Assembly (NCBI RefSeq): GCF_001194135.2
Contig: NC_068994.1
Span: forward strand, 59,709,017-59,773,016
Reading direction: 5' to 3'
From: Octopus bimaculoides
Taxonomy: Eukaryota
Length of the DNA stretch: 64,000 nt
A program made the position numbers and the translations under genes. Each line of letters starts with the position of its first letter. The stretch's first letter is position 1. The notes under the pieces are model-generated. The model was given only the letters and a program-made list of their open reading frames with translations, made no database searches and had not been told where the DNA came from. Shown one piece after another: positions 13,351-23,944 of the stretch.

Positions 13351-13484
13351 GGTTTACCTGGGAGAGGTGGAACATGAGGGACATCTGGTTGCTTTCTCTA
13401 ACAGTTAAAGTAACATTGTAAAAGCTCCCACATGTTGTTGTTGATACCATGGTGGTGGTGGCAGTGGTGGTGGTGGTGGTGGCG

Positions 13485-14240
13485 NNNNNNNNNNNNNNNN
13501 NNNNNNNNNNNNNNNNNNNNNNNNNNNNNNNNNNNNNNNNNNNNNNNNNNNNNNNNNNNNNNNNNNNNNNNNNNNNNNNNNNNNNNNNNNNNNNNNNNNN
13601 NNNNNNNNNNNNNNNNNNNNNNNNNNNNNNNNNNNNNNNNNNNNNNNNNNNNNNNNNNNNNNNNNNNNNNNNNNNNNNNNNNNNNNNNNNNNNNNNNNNN
13701 NNNNNNNNNNNNNNNNNNNNNNNNNNNNNNNNNNNNNNNNNNNNNNNNNNNNNNNNNNNNNNNNNNNNNNNNNNNNNNNNNNNNNNNNNNNNNNNNNNNN
13801 NNNNNNNNNNNNNNNNNNNNNNNNNNNNNNNNNNNNNNNNNNNNNNNNNNNNNNNNNNNNNNNNNNNNNNNNNNNNNNNNNNNNNNNNNNNNNNNNNNNN
13901 NNNNNNNNNNNNNNNNNNNNNNNNNNNNNNNNNNNNNNNNNNNNNNNNNNNNNNNNNNNNNNNNNNNNNNNNNNNNNNNNNNNNNNNNNNNNNNNNNNNN
14001 NNNNNNNNNNNNNNNNNNNNNNNNNNNNNNNNNNNNNNNNNNNNNNNNNNNNNNNNNNNNNNNNNNNNNNNNNNNNNNNNNNNNNNNNNNNNNNNNNNNN
14101 NNNNNNNNNNNNNNNNNNNNNNNNNNNNNNNNNNNNNNNNNNNNNNNNNNNNNNNNNNNNNNNNNNNNNNNNNNNNNNNNNNNNNNNNNNNNNNNNNNNN
14201 NNNNNNNNNNNNNNNNNNNNNNNNNNNNNNNNNNNNNNNN
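13485..14240. other. Assembly gap. Other gaps: 5351-5389, 21670-22179, 23332-23907, 26098-26703, 27824-28101, 29024-29496, 31295-31447, 38222-38231, 40713-40787, 42185-42194, 46442-47133, 48703-48712, 54515-54543
   Basis: N runs, mostly flanked by microsatellites. Confidence 0.99.
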
Positions 14241-14712
14241 GAGAATGAACAAGATATTGATTATGGTAATAGTGATTAGAACAAGGATTACGAGGGTGAT
14301 GATGATGATGATGATTATCATGGCTATGCTGTCAGCTTATAGTAATGATGATGATGATCACTAAGATGGTAATAATCAATCAATGGACTGATTATGATGG
14401 TAACAATGATAATGATGATGGTTTTGCTGTTGTTGTTGTCGTTGGTTACGGTGATTATTATGATGGTGGTTGTGAGCAATCAGCAAACTGGTGGCGGTGG
14501 GAGTGAGTGCGGTCACATCCAATCGGATTAGTGTTGAACAGCTTCACAGAGAGGATTTAACCTAATTAGGGATCTGAACCAATGCTTTGGCTGATGGGCA
14601 AATCCACAGGCAATGTAGAACAACAACAACAACAGCAACAACAACAGCTAACACAAAGAGACTTACACAAACAACTGCAATAACTGTTGGGGGGGGGATG
14701 TTAACGGCTGCA

Positions 14713-14743
<31 letters not shown>

Positions 14744-14841
14744 CGAATGGATAGATGGACCTGCAGCTGTTTCAATGTATATTTGTAAATACATATACAT
14801 ATTATGTACATGTACATCAACAACAACAACAACAACAACAC

Positions 14842-15052
14842 GGTAGTGAGTTGGCAGAATCGTTAGCATGTGGAGCAAAATGCCAAGTGGCACATTGTCT
14901 GTCTTCACGTTCTGAGTTCAAATTCTGCCAAGGTTGACTTTGCCTTTCATCCTTCCAGGATCAATAAAATATGTACCAGTTGAACACTGGAGTCGATATA
15001 AGTGCTTTACCCCACCCCCACCCCCAAATTGCTGGCCTTGTGCCAAAATTTT
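14842..15052 (+). mobile_element. tRNA-derived SINE with a Deu/Nin-like central domain
   Basis: Head GGTAGTGAGTTGGCAGAATCGTTAG...GAGTTCAAATTC, then GTTGACTTTGCCTTTCATCCTTCCAGGATCAATAAAATATGTACCAG, which resembles the Deu/Nin SINE core (resemblance recalled, not searched). Confidence 0.7.
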
Positions 15053-15070
15053 CATTGTTGTGTGTTGTTG

Positions 15071-15280
15071 CAGTGAGCTGGCAGAATCGCTGACACTGAG
15101 TCAAAATGGTCAGCACTTTTCCTTGGCAGCATTTCGTCTGTCTTTATGTTCTGAGTTCAAATTCCATTTGGGCGGGGGGTCGATAAAACAAGTACCAGTC
15201 ATGTACTGGGGTCAATGTAATTGACTCAGCTTGTCCCTTAATACTTCAGACTTTGTGCTTATAGTAGAAAAGATTAGTAT
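15071..15280 (+). mobile_element. Second head-to-tail copy of the Deu/Nin-like SINE
   Basis: CAGTGAGCTGGCAGAATCG...TCTGAGTTCAAATTCC...GGGTCGATAAAACAAGTACCAG...TACTGGGGTCAATGTAATTGACT. Confidence 0.7.
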
Positions 15281-15302
15281 CATTATTGTTGTTGTTGATG
15301 TT

Positions 15303-15348
<46 letters not shown>

Positions 15349-15664
15349 AGATACATACTAGGATTATATTACACAGTGCACATAGTAGGTGGGGTCACTT
15401 GTAGTTATTGACTTCGTTTACAGCCAATTACTTAATCCGCTAATCTCACTCCCTCTCCCTCCTCTCCCCTCCCCCACTCTCTGCCTCAGAAAAGATAAAG
15501 CCTGACTTTTACTGGATTATATAATTCTTCAGTTTAACCAAAACAAACCATCTAACATGCCTTATTAGAGTTAAGTCAGTGTTTCGTTAGGTCAGTTGGC
15601 TTAATTAGACCAGCTGACCTACAGGATCACCTTGCTCACTCCATACACCCACCTACCTTCCCAT

Positions 15665-15707
<43 letters not shown>

Positions 15708-15784
15708 GAGAGAGAGAGAGAGAGATAACTCGTCATCAGTTATCAGCCAGAGGGTCAAATGCAATTTCATGCCTATAGATATAC

Positions 15785-16000
15785 CATCATCCTCATCATT
15801 AACAACCGTTTTCCATGCTGGCGTGGGTTGGACGGTTTGACTGAGGTCTAGAGAGCCAGCGGCTGCACTCGGCTCCAATCTGATCTGGCAAAGTTTCTAC
15901 AGCTGGATGCCCTTCCTAATGCCAACCACTCCGAGAGTGTAGTGGGTGCTTTTTACGTGTTACCAGCACAAGAGCCAGTCAGGCAGGCCTGGCAACGATT
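15785..16000 (-). mobile_element. RTE-3'UTR/SINE copy
   Basis: Same family motif in reverse orientation: TTTCTACAGCTGGATGCCCTTCCTAATGCCAACCACTCCGAGAGTGTAGTGGGTGC. Confidence 0.85.
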
Positions 16001-16020
16001 GCATTACTCATGTATTTATA

Positions 16021-16069
<49 letters not shown>

Positions 16070-16146
16070 GTGTCCTAAATAATCACTGGATACAAAACTT
16101 ATTTTCACTGCCAAAGATGCTATTTTGATGGTAGTGTGTTTGTGCT

Positions 16147-16181
<35 letters not shown>

Positions 16182-16325
16182 ATGCGTACATCATACATAC
16201 AATGTTCAGTGTATCTATTTGCACACAACTACAATTAATATTAATAAGTATGTTAATTATATGTTGATATGTCTGTAAAATTTGATCTGATAATTAAATA
16301 TAAATACCTTTCTTTTATATTCCAG

Positions 16326-16395
16326 GTAAGAAATCTATCGAGGAACATCTTTCATTTTATTGTATTGATCCTGTCTGAACAACTCGTTGACATCA
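16326..16395 (+). other. Candidate 70-nt exon or recursive-splicing exon
   Basis: Acceptor CTTTCTTTTATATTCCAG ends at 16325 and is immediately followed by GTAAGA. A second donor, CA/GTAAGT, starts at 16396. The surrounding sequence appears non-repetitive. Confidence 0.4.
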
Positions 16396-18819
16396 GTAAG
16401 TTCACAAAACATAATCTCAGCCATATTATTTAATTAACAATGTTTCTATTACACTTTTGGGTTTTTTTTTTTTTTGTTTGTCTATGTTTGTTGTTCTTTT
16501 TCTTTACTCTATATTTTCTGAATTATTTCAAGAAAATCTCTTTTAAGAAATATTTTTGAAGATTCTTTCAAAAACTGAAACTGAAATTTCAAACGAGTCA
16601 AGAGGATGGGGGTGGGGAAGGTAACAAGGTAAAAAAAAACAACAACAAAATTTCCTCAACAGAATGAACAACATGTTGATGTGTGTGTGTGTGTGTGTCT
16701 ATCTGTGTGAGTACGTGTGTCTGTGTGGGTGTGTGTATACATAGAGAGAGAGCGAGAGATGTATATATAGATACATAGATAGACAGAGAGACAGAAATTT
16801 ATAAAGACCATAAATGGGACCATCATGTCTGTATCATTTTAAAGGGATAGTTAAGAGCGGAGAACATGTAATTGTCACAAAACATAAGGGTGTATAAAAG
16901 GTTTATATCAAACCAGAAGAAGCACAATAGTGGTACAGGTAAGCCCCTTGTTGTGAAACAGGGACTATACACACAGATTACAGACTGTAAAGGTTATGGT
17001 CTGTAGAGAAGGGGAAAGCCTGGAAAAGACATGTTTATAGGTTGGTTGGTGTGTAGGAGAAAATCAAAAGTAAACTGAAATTCCTCTTGGAGACCTACAA
17101 AGCCCATGAGCTCTGTCCCTTCATCCAGACTCAGCAACTTAAAATGAACACAAACGCACAAACACACAAATGTCAACTGTAAAGCATGTTTATCAATTAC
17201 TTGCTAAATGTTTCTTTGCAAAAGAAGAGTTTTTAGAAGGGAGAAGGAAAGAGAAAGAGGGATGGAGTGGAGAGGTGAGAGGGTGAGAACAGGGTCGAAG
17301 GAGAAATTTGTATTTAAATAGTCATGATTGGTTAAGTGTAGTTAGGCCTGGGTGAGATCTGTGATGACTCTCATGTAAGAGTGAGCATTTGGTTGCTATT
17401 TTTAGCATGTTCATCAGCCATGTAGAAACTCTGTCTGCAGCTCAGTGTGAAGCAGAAACGATGGGATTTGAAGGCAGAGCTTGTGGAGGAGCTAGTTCAG
17501 ACTATTAAATTAAAACAAGTTAAATGAATCACTAATCAATTAATTGAAGTAAGTACTTGTAGCATTTCATTAGAAATTATCTATAAGTGCTTAATTAGAA
17601 AGTAACAACTGAATAACGAGAATAAAATGCTTGTTTTATTTTGACCTGACTGGTTCTAGAGATGGCTGACTGAGATAATATGGAAGGGAGATGAGTGAAC
17701 AAGGGAGCCGCTACATGCTTGCCAACCTTCTAGAAAAGGTAGCCAAGTTTCCCTCAAATTACACCTAACCATCTAAACAAGGGAAGGAATTAGTAGAGAA
17801 TGTGTTCTTGGATAACCCTTGAACTCCATTTGTTCTGTTTTTGGTTTCTTCATCTCTATGGATCGATACCCTTCTTAACGCCAACCACTTTATGGAGTGT
17901 AGTGAGTGCTTTTCGTTTTTTTTATTCTTGTGACACTGGCATCAGTGAAGCTGCCAAGTAACTTACAAGACAAAAAAAAAAAACACCCCTCGATTGGGTG
18001 GGGATGTAGCAGAGGGGGTGTGTGCTTTATGTTCTGTGTGTCAATGCAATTGATTATATTCATCATCATCATCATCATCGTTTCAGTTGGCATTGTGCCA
18101 AGTCAAACGAAATCAATATTAATTTGATGGAGTTGGTAGAAGCAGAGGAGTGTATGTAGAGGACTGGATGTTTTTTGTTTTTTTTACTATTTTCTTTGTA
18201 ACACCTCATTTAAAAAGTTCCAAGTTATCTCTGCCTTTCATCTCGTTAGCCTCATTAGAATTTAAATAGCACCACCAAACAGTGTGTCTGGTCAAAAGGA
18301 ATTCGAATCTAAGCTGTGTAAGTCCGAGTGCACCAGTTTTAGAAACCAGTTTTAATCTCCATCTTCAACCGTTTCATTGTTCTCTGCTGATATTTTAGAA
18401 ACGAACAGATGTCACACAATCATCATTTCTCCAAATCAAAGGATCTGGAAAATGGGCAAGAAATATCTATTCATTTTATGGAAATGTTTTCCCAAGTAAA
18501 AATGACCAAACTAATATAACACTTATCAAAATGTCATCGTAAATACATAAACAGATGGGCTGGTCATATCTGGAATGTCTCTGAACATAGGTCTGTTCAG
18601 TCAGGACTGAGTTGCTGCAATACAACAACATTAACTTATCATGGGGGTGGGTTTAAACTTGTTGAAGAAGTCTTCTGTGACAGCTGGAGACCTTTCTTGA
18701 TGCCACCATTTACTTTATTCTGTTATTCTTCACCTGTTGAATCCCTGGGCTGCCACATTACACAAGATGTCACAAACACACATCACTGCCGCCCAAGGGA
18801 TGTAAATGCAAAAATACAA

Positions 18820-18960
18820 ATGCATGCACATGCACACACACACATGCATGCACACGCACACACACACATGCATACACACACATGCATGCACACGCACACA
18901 TGCATGCACACACACATGCATGCACACGCACACACACACATGCATACACATACACCTGCA
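18820..18960. repeat. Compound (CA)n/ATGCATGC purine-pyrimidine alternating repeat
   Basis: Repeated CACATGCATGCACACGCACACA units. Confidence 0.85.
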
Positions 18961-20158
18961 TATATATCCGATAATTTCCATCCAATTTTTGTTCACTGAA
19001 TTTCATTTACAAGACATATGTGAAGCCAAGGCATCGGTAAACATGACATTTGCCCAAGGTGCCACAGAATGAAATTGAACATGAATGCTTCTGGTTGTGA
19101 ATTAAACTTTTTAACCACACAGCCACTCATGAATCTGACAACATTATAAACACTGCATATTAGAAGCAAGAGTCGTGTATTGAATAGATTGATCAAAAGG
19201 GGAAAAGAACAACCATTAAGTTGATGAAGAGATCTTGCTTACAGCTGAAGAATGTCCCATCTTTGTCTCCTTTTTTTCTTTGTTCTCAAACAAAGGACAA
19301 AACCTGAAATTGGACGCAAAACTTCACAACAATTTCAACTTCTTCCATCAAAATCTCTTCTAAGATTAAAAGCCTTCCTGTTCAACTTGGGGCCATTAAC
19401 ATCTTGGGGTTCAAGTTCCGTTGCTATTGACCTCCCTTTCATCTCATTTAGGTTTATAAAATATATACCATCAATATACTGGGGTCAGGAGTCAAGTCAA
19501 TTCATTATTGCTGTACTACAAAACTTGTTTCTCTGCCAAATTAACCAATATGTGCAAAAATATATACTTAATTATCTCGGATGTTAATTCAGTCAATAGA
19601 ATTAATTAATTGTCCCTTCATTAATATTGAGTGATCACGCCTTATAGAGTTCAGGGTGAGGGAGACATGGGGATTGTGGTATTCATGCCTTTCTTAAGGA
19701 CATCATCAGTGCATGTAGGCCTGCATTTGTGTATGTTTGTGTATGTGCATTGATGTATATGTTATGTGTGTGTGTTTGCGTGCATGTGTGTGTGTGTGTC
19801 TGTGTTTTATGTAGGAGTGTGTTGGGGGAAAGTATAGAGATGTACAGTTATATTTACAGAATTATGGCTATTCTTGTGTGAATAGATGCATAAGTGAGTG
19901 TGTATATATGGCTGGGAATATGTGTGTATTGAGCAAAGGTAATTAGGTGTATGGATATAGATATACACCCTCAAATGTTTTCGTATGTGTGTCTGCATAG
20001 ACCATATCTATACACATAAATGTGTGTGTGTACATATAAACAAAACTAGGAAAATGTATATCCAAATATATGTATATATGTACAAGCGCATACAAATATG
20101 CATATACACACACACGTCTTCCATTGCTCTTTTGTGATTCAATCAGTAAAACTGTAAA

Positions 20159-20209
<51 letters not shown>

Positions 20210-20477
20210 CAGCATGAAGACTGATGTTTTTTCCCACTCTGGCAGGGATTGGCTATGTTTGAACATAGCCATTCCTCTGGGTCAAGTATTATCAGGCATT
20301 GATGTGTAAACACAGAGCCTGCTTTGTTACGACGTAGTCTTGAGTTCAATCTCATTGCTTGGTACTTTGGACAAGCATCTTGTACTGCAGCCAGGGGTCA
20401 ATCAACGGTTATGAGGGAAATTGCTAGAGAGAAACTGTATGGAGACAAGTTGTGTGTGTGTGTGTGTGTGCACCATG

Positions 20478-20907
20478 CTCCAATCTGATCTGGCAAAGTT
20501 TCTACAGCTGGATGCCCTTCCTAACATCAACCACTCCGAGAGTGTAGTGGGTGCTTTTTTACGTGCCACTAGCACAGGGGTCAGAGGGGGCTGGCATCGA
20601 CCACATTCGGATGGTGCTTTTTACATGCCACTGGCACGGAGACCACAACTACAATTTCCATTTGATTGTCATCTGATTTCATTTTGATGTACTTGACTCA
20701 ATAGGTCTCCACAAGCACAGCATGTCACCCTACGATCCACGGGTCCTTTTTGAGTTGGCTGGTTATGCAACGCTGGTGTAGGTTACAGCTGTGATCTCAC
20801 TTTATTTGCCAGGTCTTTTCGGTCACAGCAAATCTCCAGAGGTCTTTTGTCATTTACTCTGTGAGGCCCAACGTTCGAAGGTCATGCTTCACCACTTCAT
20901 CCCATGG
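20478..20907 (-). mobile_element. RTE-type LINE 3' fragment
   Basis: Minus-strand translation WDEVVKHDLRTLGLTE*MTKDLWRFAVTEKTWQIK*, followed by a 3'UTR with the motif TAGGAAGGGCATCCAGCTGTAGAAAC. Confidence 0.8.
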
Positions 20908-20940
20908 ATGATAATAAAAAAATGATGAGCAAACTCTTGA

Positions 20941-21305
20941 TTGAGCCACAGCTCTGTCGTGCCTTCTGAAGCAGCTGTGCCACTGGAAACACTGCAGATG
21001 ACCCATTGCCTGGTCACCCTAAACTTGCCAAAGCATGCTCGATGTCTCTGTCGCAGACTTCCCAAGTTTAATGCAAAACTTCACGTTGTCTCTTTGTTCT
21101 TTTCTTCAATGACAAAATCACAGACTACAGCATATCAAATGGTCACAAAAACACAAATTTCACAACTTGCAAAGTGATCTCACTTTGGCACACTGCCTCA
21201 TAAAGGTCACTGCTAGTTCTCACTGCACATGCCACTGTGTGCTGCCATCTGTTGGCACGCTTCAGAACTAGTCCAGGAACTTGCTTTTATACCGTCTTGT
21301 TTGTA
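20941..21305 (-). mobile_element. Mariner transposase 5' relic (N-terminal HTH) with left end
   Basis: The minus strand at 21099-20941 reads EQRDNVKFCIKLGKSATETSSMLWQV*GDQAMGHLQCFQWHSCFRR, a clear match to the mariner N-terminus pattern EQRxxIKFCxKLGKSATETxxMLxxxYGDxxxSRxQxFxWxxRF. A TIR-like end (...AAAAGCAAGTTCCTGGACTAG) lies at ~21265-21295. Confidence 0.85.
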
Positions 21306-22179
21306 CAAAATCAATCTAGCTATCTCACTCTTTCTTTCTCTGTATGTCTGTGTGTATGTAGACACACGCATGTATTCACAGACACACACGCACACACATG
21401 TGTATATACCTGCATACACACACACACACACACACCAGAGATATGAGGCAGAGGTAAATGGACGCAATCGCTTGTGTAGTGAGGACAGTCTCACCTCTCA
21501 CTCCCTTGCAATGTTTGCACATGGTTGCGTGCACCAAATGCAGTTTGGGCAACACTGAAAGCAGTCATTAACTATTCCATTAATATGGAATGACGTTTAA
21601 TAAAAATATTTGTCTTTCAGTTGTGGAATTAGGATCTGAGTCAGTGTGGTGGTGGTGGTGGTGGTGGTGNNNNNNNNNNNNNNNNNNNNNNNNNNNNNNN
21701 NNNNNNNNNNNNNNNNNNNNNNNNNNNNNNNNNNNNNNNNNNNNNNNNNNNNNNNNNNNNNNNNNNNNNNNNNNNNNNNNNNNNNNNNNNNNNNNNNNNN
21801 NNNNNNNNNNNNNNNNNNNNNNNNNNNNNNNNNNNNNNNNNNNNNNNNNNNNNNNNNNNNNNNNNNNNNNNNNNNNNNNNNNNNNNNNNNNNNNNNNNNN
21901 NNNNNNNNNNNNNNNNNNNNNNNNNNNNNNNNNNNNNNNNNNNNNNNNNNNNNNNNNNNNNNNNNNNNNNNNNNNNNNNNNNNNNNNNNNNNNNNNNNNN
22001 NNNNNNNNNNNNNNNNNNNNNNNNNNNNNNNNNNNNNNNNNNNNNNNNNNNNNNNNNNNNNNNNNNNNNNNNNNNNNNNNNNNNNNNNNNNNNNNNNNNN
22101 NNNNNNNNNNNNNNNNNNNNNNNNNNNNNNNNNNNNNNNNNNNNNNNNNNNNNNNNNNNNNNNNNNNNNNNNNNNNNNN

Positions 22180-22223
<44 letters not shown>

Positions 22224-22279
22224 TATGTGTGTGCGTGCGTGTGTGTGTGTGTGTATGTGTGTGTGTGTGTGTGTGTAAT

Positions 22280-22475
22280 CACCATCATTTAAAGTCCATA
22301 TTTCACATTGGCATGAGTTGGACAGTTTGACAGGATCCGATGGGTCCCAGGACTGCATTCTGCTCCAATGTCAGCTTTGGCACGGTTTCAACTGCTGGAT
22401 GCCCCTACCTAATGCCAACCACTTTACAGTGTGTGTGTGCTGAGGGATTTCTTGTGGCACCAGCACTAGTGAGGT
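22280..22475 (-). mobile_element. RTE-3'UTR/SINE copy
   Basis: Diverged family motif GGATGCCCCTACCTAATGCCAACCACTTTACAG. Confidence 0.75.
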
Positions 22476-23070
22476 TATCATGGCAGCTTGATCTGTATTT
22501 TGCCCATGGCATCATCACCAAAGATCTGCTGGATCTTCTGGGTTGATTGAACCTGAATATCTCCCAGCTTTTGGCAAAACTTGATGCAATATCTCTGCTT
22601 GATGACAAGTGTGTACTTAATGTCTATACTCGAGATGTATCAGCCACAAACTGATGTGGTCTACCGGCATGAAGATTTTCACTCATGTGTAGGAAGGGTG
22701 GCATCACCCTCCCACCCAAAGGATCCTGCCCACATGGTATAACCTGTATCTGTATGGTACATATCGGTTTCAAATGTTGTGTAGTATGTATCTATATGAT
22801 GTATATTCGACTGGTTCAGTTATGAGTGCGTGTGCGTGTGTGTGTGTGTTATAAATCAGTAATTAAGCGAGTTCAATTCTGGTATCGAAATGAGACATAT
22901 TGGACCATTTCAATTATATTTTGTATATTTATGTATCTACTTATCTGTCTGTTTGTCTGTCTGGCTGTCTCCAGTTGAGGGAAGTACAATATGTCTTGTT
23001 TGTATTGGGTCATGTCTTATGTATTGGGGTATACAGTATTGGGGGTATACCGTGTGTATATATATATATA

Positions 23071-23277
23071 TAAGGTTGAGGAGGGTATTGGATTTAACAC
23101 TTCAAGTACTGTTCTCTCTTTTTTCAGCACATCACACTCTTTACCACTTCATACTAAAAATATCCGCCTATGGATATAATAATAGATTACTTTATTTTTT
23201 CTGTCTCCGATGAAGGGAAGTACTGGATCTTCCCAGAAACAGCTGTAAGACTCTATCCATAAAATTCTTCAACCTTA
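23071..23277 (+). mobile_element. Hammerhead-bearing unit bounded by inverted repeats; likely a Penelope-like element terminal repeat or retrozyme monomer
   Basis: TAAGGTTGAGGAG(23071-83) pairs with TTCTTCAACCTTA(23265-77): 13 bp including two G-U pairs. The unit contains the hammerhead-like motif. Short palindromic stem-III hammerheads are an established feature of Penelope-like elements; the family assignment itself is inference. Confidence 0.5.
23169..23261 (+). ncRNA. Type I hammerhead ribozyme-like motif with a variant core
   Basis: Stem I is GTCT(23203-06)/AGAC(23248-51), with a possible distal extension TATGGATA(23169-76)/TATCCATA(23254-61). The core reads CCGATGA(23207-13), against consensus CUGANGA. 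Stem II is GGGAAG/CTTCCC around the loop TACTGGAT. It is followed by GAAAC(23236-40), a palindromic short stem III AC-AGCT-GT, and a GUA cleavage triplet at 23245-47. Confidence 0.7.
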
Positions 23278-23907
23278 CCTTTGCTCTCTTTATCTTTTTG
23301 CTTTTATATATTTACATATATATCGGGTGACNNNNNNNNNNNNNNNNNNNNNNNNNNNNNNNNNNNNNNNNNNNNNNNNNNNNNNNNNNNNNNNNNNNNN
23401 NNNNNNNNNNNNNNNNNNNNNNNNNNNNNNNNNNNNNNNNNNNNNNNNNNNNNNNNNNNNNNNNNNNNNNNNNNNNNNNNNNNNNNNNNNNNNNNNNNNN
23501 NNNNNNNNNNNNNNNNNNNNNNNNNNNNNNNNNNNNNNNNNNNNNNNNNNNNNNNNNNNNNNNNNNNNNNNNNNNNNNNNNNNNNNNNNNNNNNNNNNNN
23601 NNNNNNNNNNNNNNNNNNNNNNNNNNNNNNNNNNNNNNNNNNNNNNNNNNNNNNNNNNNNNNNNNNNNNNNNNNNNNNNNNNNNNNNNNNNNNNNNNNNN
23701 NNNNNNNNNNNNNNNNNNNNNNNNNNNNNNNNNNNNNNNNNNNNNNNNNNNNNNNNNNNNNNNNNNNNNNNNNNNNNNNNNNNNNNNNNNNNNNNNNNNN
23801 NNNNNNNNNNNNNNNNNNNNNNNNNNNNNNNNNNNNNNNNNNNNNNNNNNNNNNNNNNNNNNNNNNNNNNNNNNNNNNNNNNNNNNNNNNNNNNNNNNNN
23901 NNNNNNN

Positions 23908-23944
<37 letters not shown>

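Noticed and set aside
13398-14364. ORFs over 200 aa spanning gaps (also near 21.6, 23.3, 26.0, 28.9 and 46.3 kb)
   Set aside because: They are artefacts of translating N runs.
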